Positions 62,458 through 64,000 of a stretch of 64,000 bases of DNA are shown here, in pieces. Position numbers and translations under genes: made by a program. The stretch spans positions 12,214,001 to 12,278,000 of the forward strand of contig OU015567.1 in the NCBI GenBank assembly GCA_907165135.1, read 5' to 3'. The DNA comes from Oikopleura dioica. Its lineage: Eukaryota; Animalia; Chordata. The notes beneath the pieces are model-generated. The model searched no databases. It was given only the letters and a program-made list of their open reading frames with translations, and had not been told where the DNA came from. How positions within the stretch are numbered: the first letter of the stretch is position 1; every line of letters starts with the position of its first letter.

Positions 62458-63780
62458 TTAGAAGCTCAAAACCTGATTATTGTAATTTTGTATAGAAAGA
62501 ATCTGAATTGCTGAATCTGTCCTAGAGCGGAATGTTTCCGATGTGATTGTAGCATCTGAGTTTGCCATGGAAGTTCTTCGCGTTGATGATTTGCTCGAGA
62601 TTGCGGCAGTGGAATGTTCAATCATTGTTTGCGATCGAGTAAGACTGTTCTTCAGCTCGTTTTGAAGCACTGTTCGCTCGTTGTACAGCGTCTCCGCGGT
62701 TTTTAGCACACCTGAGAGACGCTTCATCAGTTCCTTGTTCTTCTGCTCTGAATTAGACATTATCAACCTTGTCCTACAGACATGACCCTGAAGGGGACAT
62801 TTTTTCATTGACAACGGTGTATTTTAGTAACATTTGAATAATTAATGTCAACGCTCTCCAATAATGTCGGTTCTATTACGCGTCCACATTCAAAATGAGT
62901 GTTTTTGAGGGGATAATTCTGGACATTACATTCCCTGTCGGCCAGATGTTTAAATTATCTTGTCATTTAGTATTGATGAGAACATATTGGATCGCACTTA
63001 GATTTTACGGTCAAATAGCAAGATATATACTGTATAATATACAGTGTATATCTATCCTGTACCGTATATATTACGAGGTTAAATATATGAAACGTTATAC
63101 GGGATATTTATTAACGTATATCCAGCTATAAAATAATTCTAAAATGATGTAAATATCCATATTCTATAGATTTTCTATTGATTACAGATCAGTCCGGTCT
63201 TAATTGATTCAATACAAGATCCTTCAATCTTGTTGGCCTCTGGGGTCATTTAATCCACTGTCATTCCCTTCTGATGAGCCCGGGTAATTCAATTAACTGT
63301 ACCACAATTTTATACTGTACCTAGCTCTTCTGCGCGTTTTCTTTCTTGTGTGTAGCTTTCTCTTGCCTGACAGTAATCTTGCCTAAAAGCAGTTCAGTAA
63401 AACCCGGATTGTTCTGTTATTGACAATGTCATAATACAAACTTATTATTAATAAGAAATTACCTATTTTTCTCACAAATCATCGCTACTCGGTGGATCTT
63501 CTTTTCGATGAGCTCATATTTTCTAAATCTAAGCTGTCAAATTTGTGCCCAAGAATCACTTCTCCTACCTTATATTTTCCTCTTCTTTCAGCTGTTTCGT
63601 TATTTTCTCCAGTTGGAGTTCATGTTCATCTCTTATTTCGTCAATGGTGAGTTCTAGCTCCTCAATTCTGCTGAGCAATTCTTCTTCTGAAAACATGGTC
63701 TTCTTTTCATCAATTCTCTTCGTTGATTTCAATGATTTCTGAGCTCAACTGAAAATTCTAGCAGAAATATGAGTACGTCG
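62458..63780 (-). CDS. Coiled-coil protein, probably partial at the window edge
   Basis: Several AG/GT-bounded exons with heptad-like E/K/L-rich translation (EELLSRIEELELTIDEIRDEHELQLEK; ELMKRLSGVLKTAETLYNERTVLQNELK). Confidence 0.5.
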
Positions 63781-64000
63781 TTGTGCTGGTATGGTATGGT
63801 TGGCCTTTCTCTGGTCTGAGAAATAGGGATTGATTTTTTCATTCTCCGGCCCCCGCTCCAAGCGAGTGGCAGCGCGCCACATTGCCAATTTGACTCTCCT
63901 GGCTTATTAAATATAGATATGCCGAACATGTCTCTCGATTATTTTGCGGTTTTATTTTACACCTTTTTTGATCTATCTTTTCACTCTTTAATTTCGATAA

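Overview
Compact eukaryotic genomic DNA: gene-dense, introns mostly 35-60 nt, at least one GA-AG intron, and co-oriented genes with very short spacers. This architecture fits the appendicularian tunicate Oikopleura (inference, not a database match). Recognisable genes, in order: a minus-strand operon-like block (RWDD4, BET1, a DEAD-box helicase, an unknown protein with a mitochondrial-type leader, Rab35-like), NT5C1, SAFB-like, SPATA6, two tandem orphan class A GPCRs, ARMH2-like, a divergent Hv1 proton channel, ABCC10/MRP7, a Cys-rich secreted protein, RNF11, a small two-repeat protein, vestigial-like, XPC, a serpin and a partial coiled-coil gene. Pol III genes: two tRNA-Thr(AGT), one tRNA-Gly(GCC), two 5S rRNA. 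There is a 500-N gap. Main result: three non-autonomous TIR elements with perfect 8-bp target-site duplications (hAT-type). Two of them sit inside coding exons, and each has a GT-AG splice solution built from TSD/TIR bases that restores the reading frame, making them candidate transposon-born introns. All gene models were assembled by eye; boundaries marked approximate are uncertain, and 42-45 kb, 46.5-49 kb and 53.5-56.5 kb remain largely unexplained.
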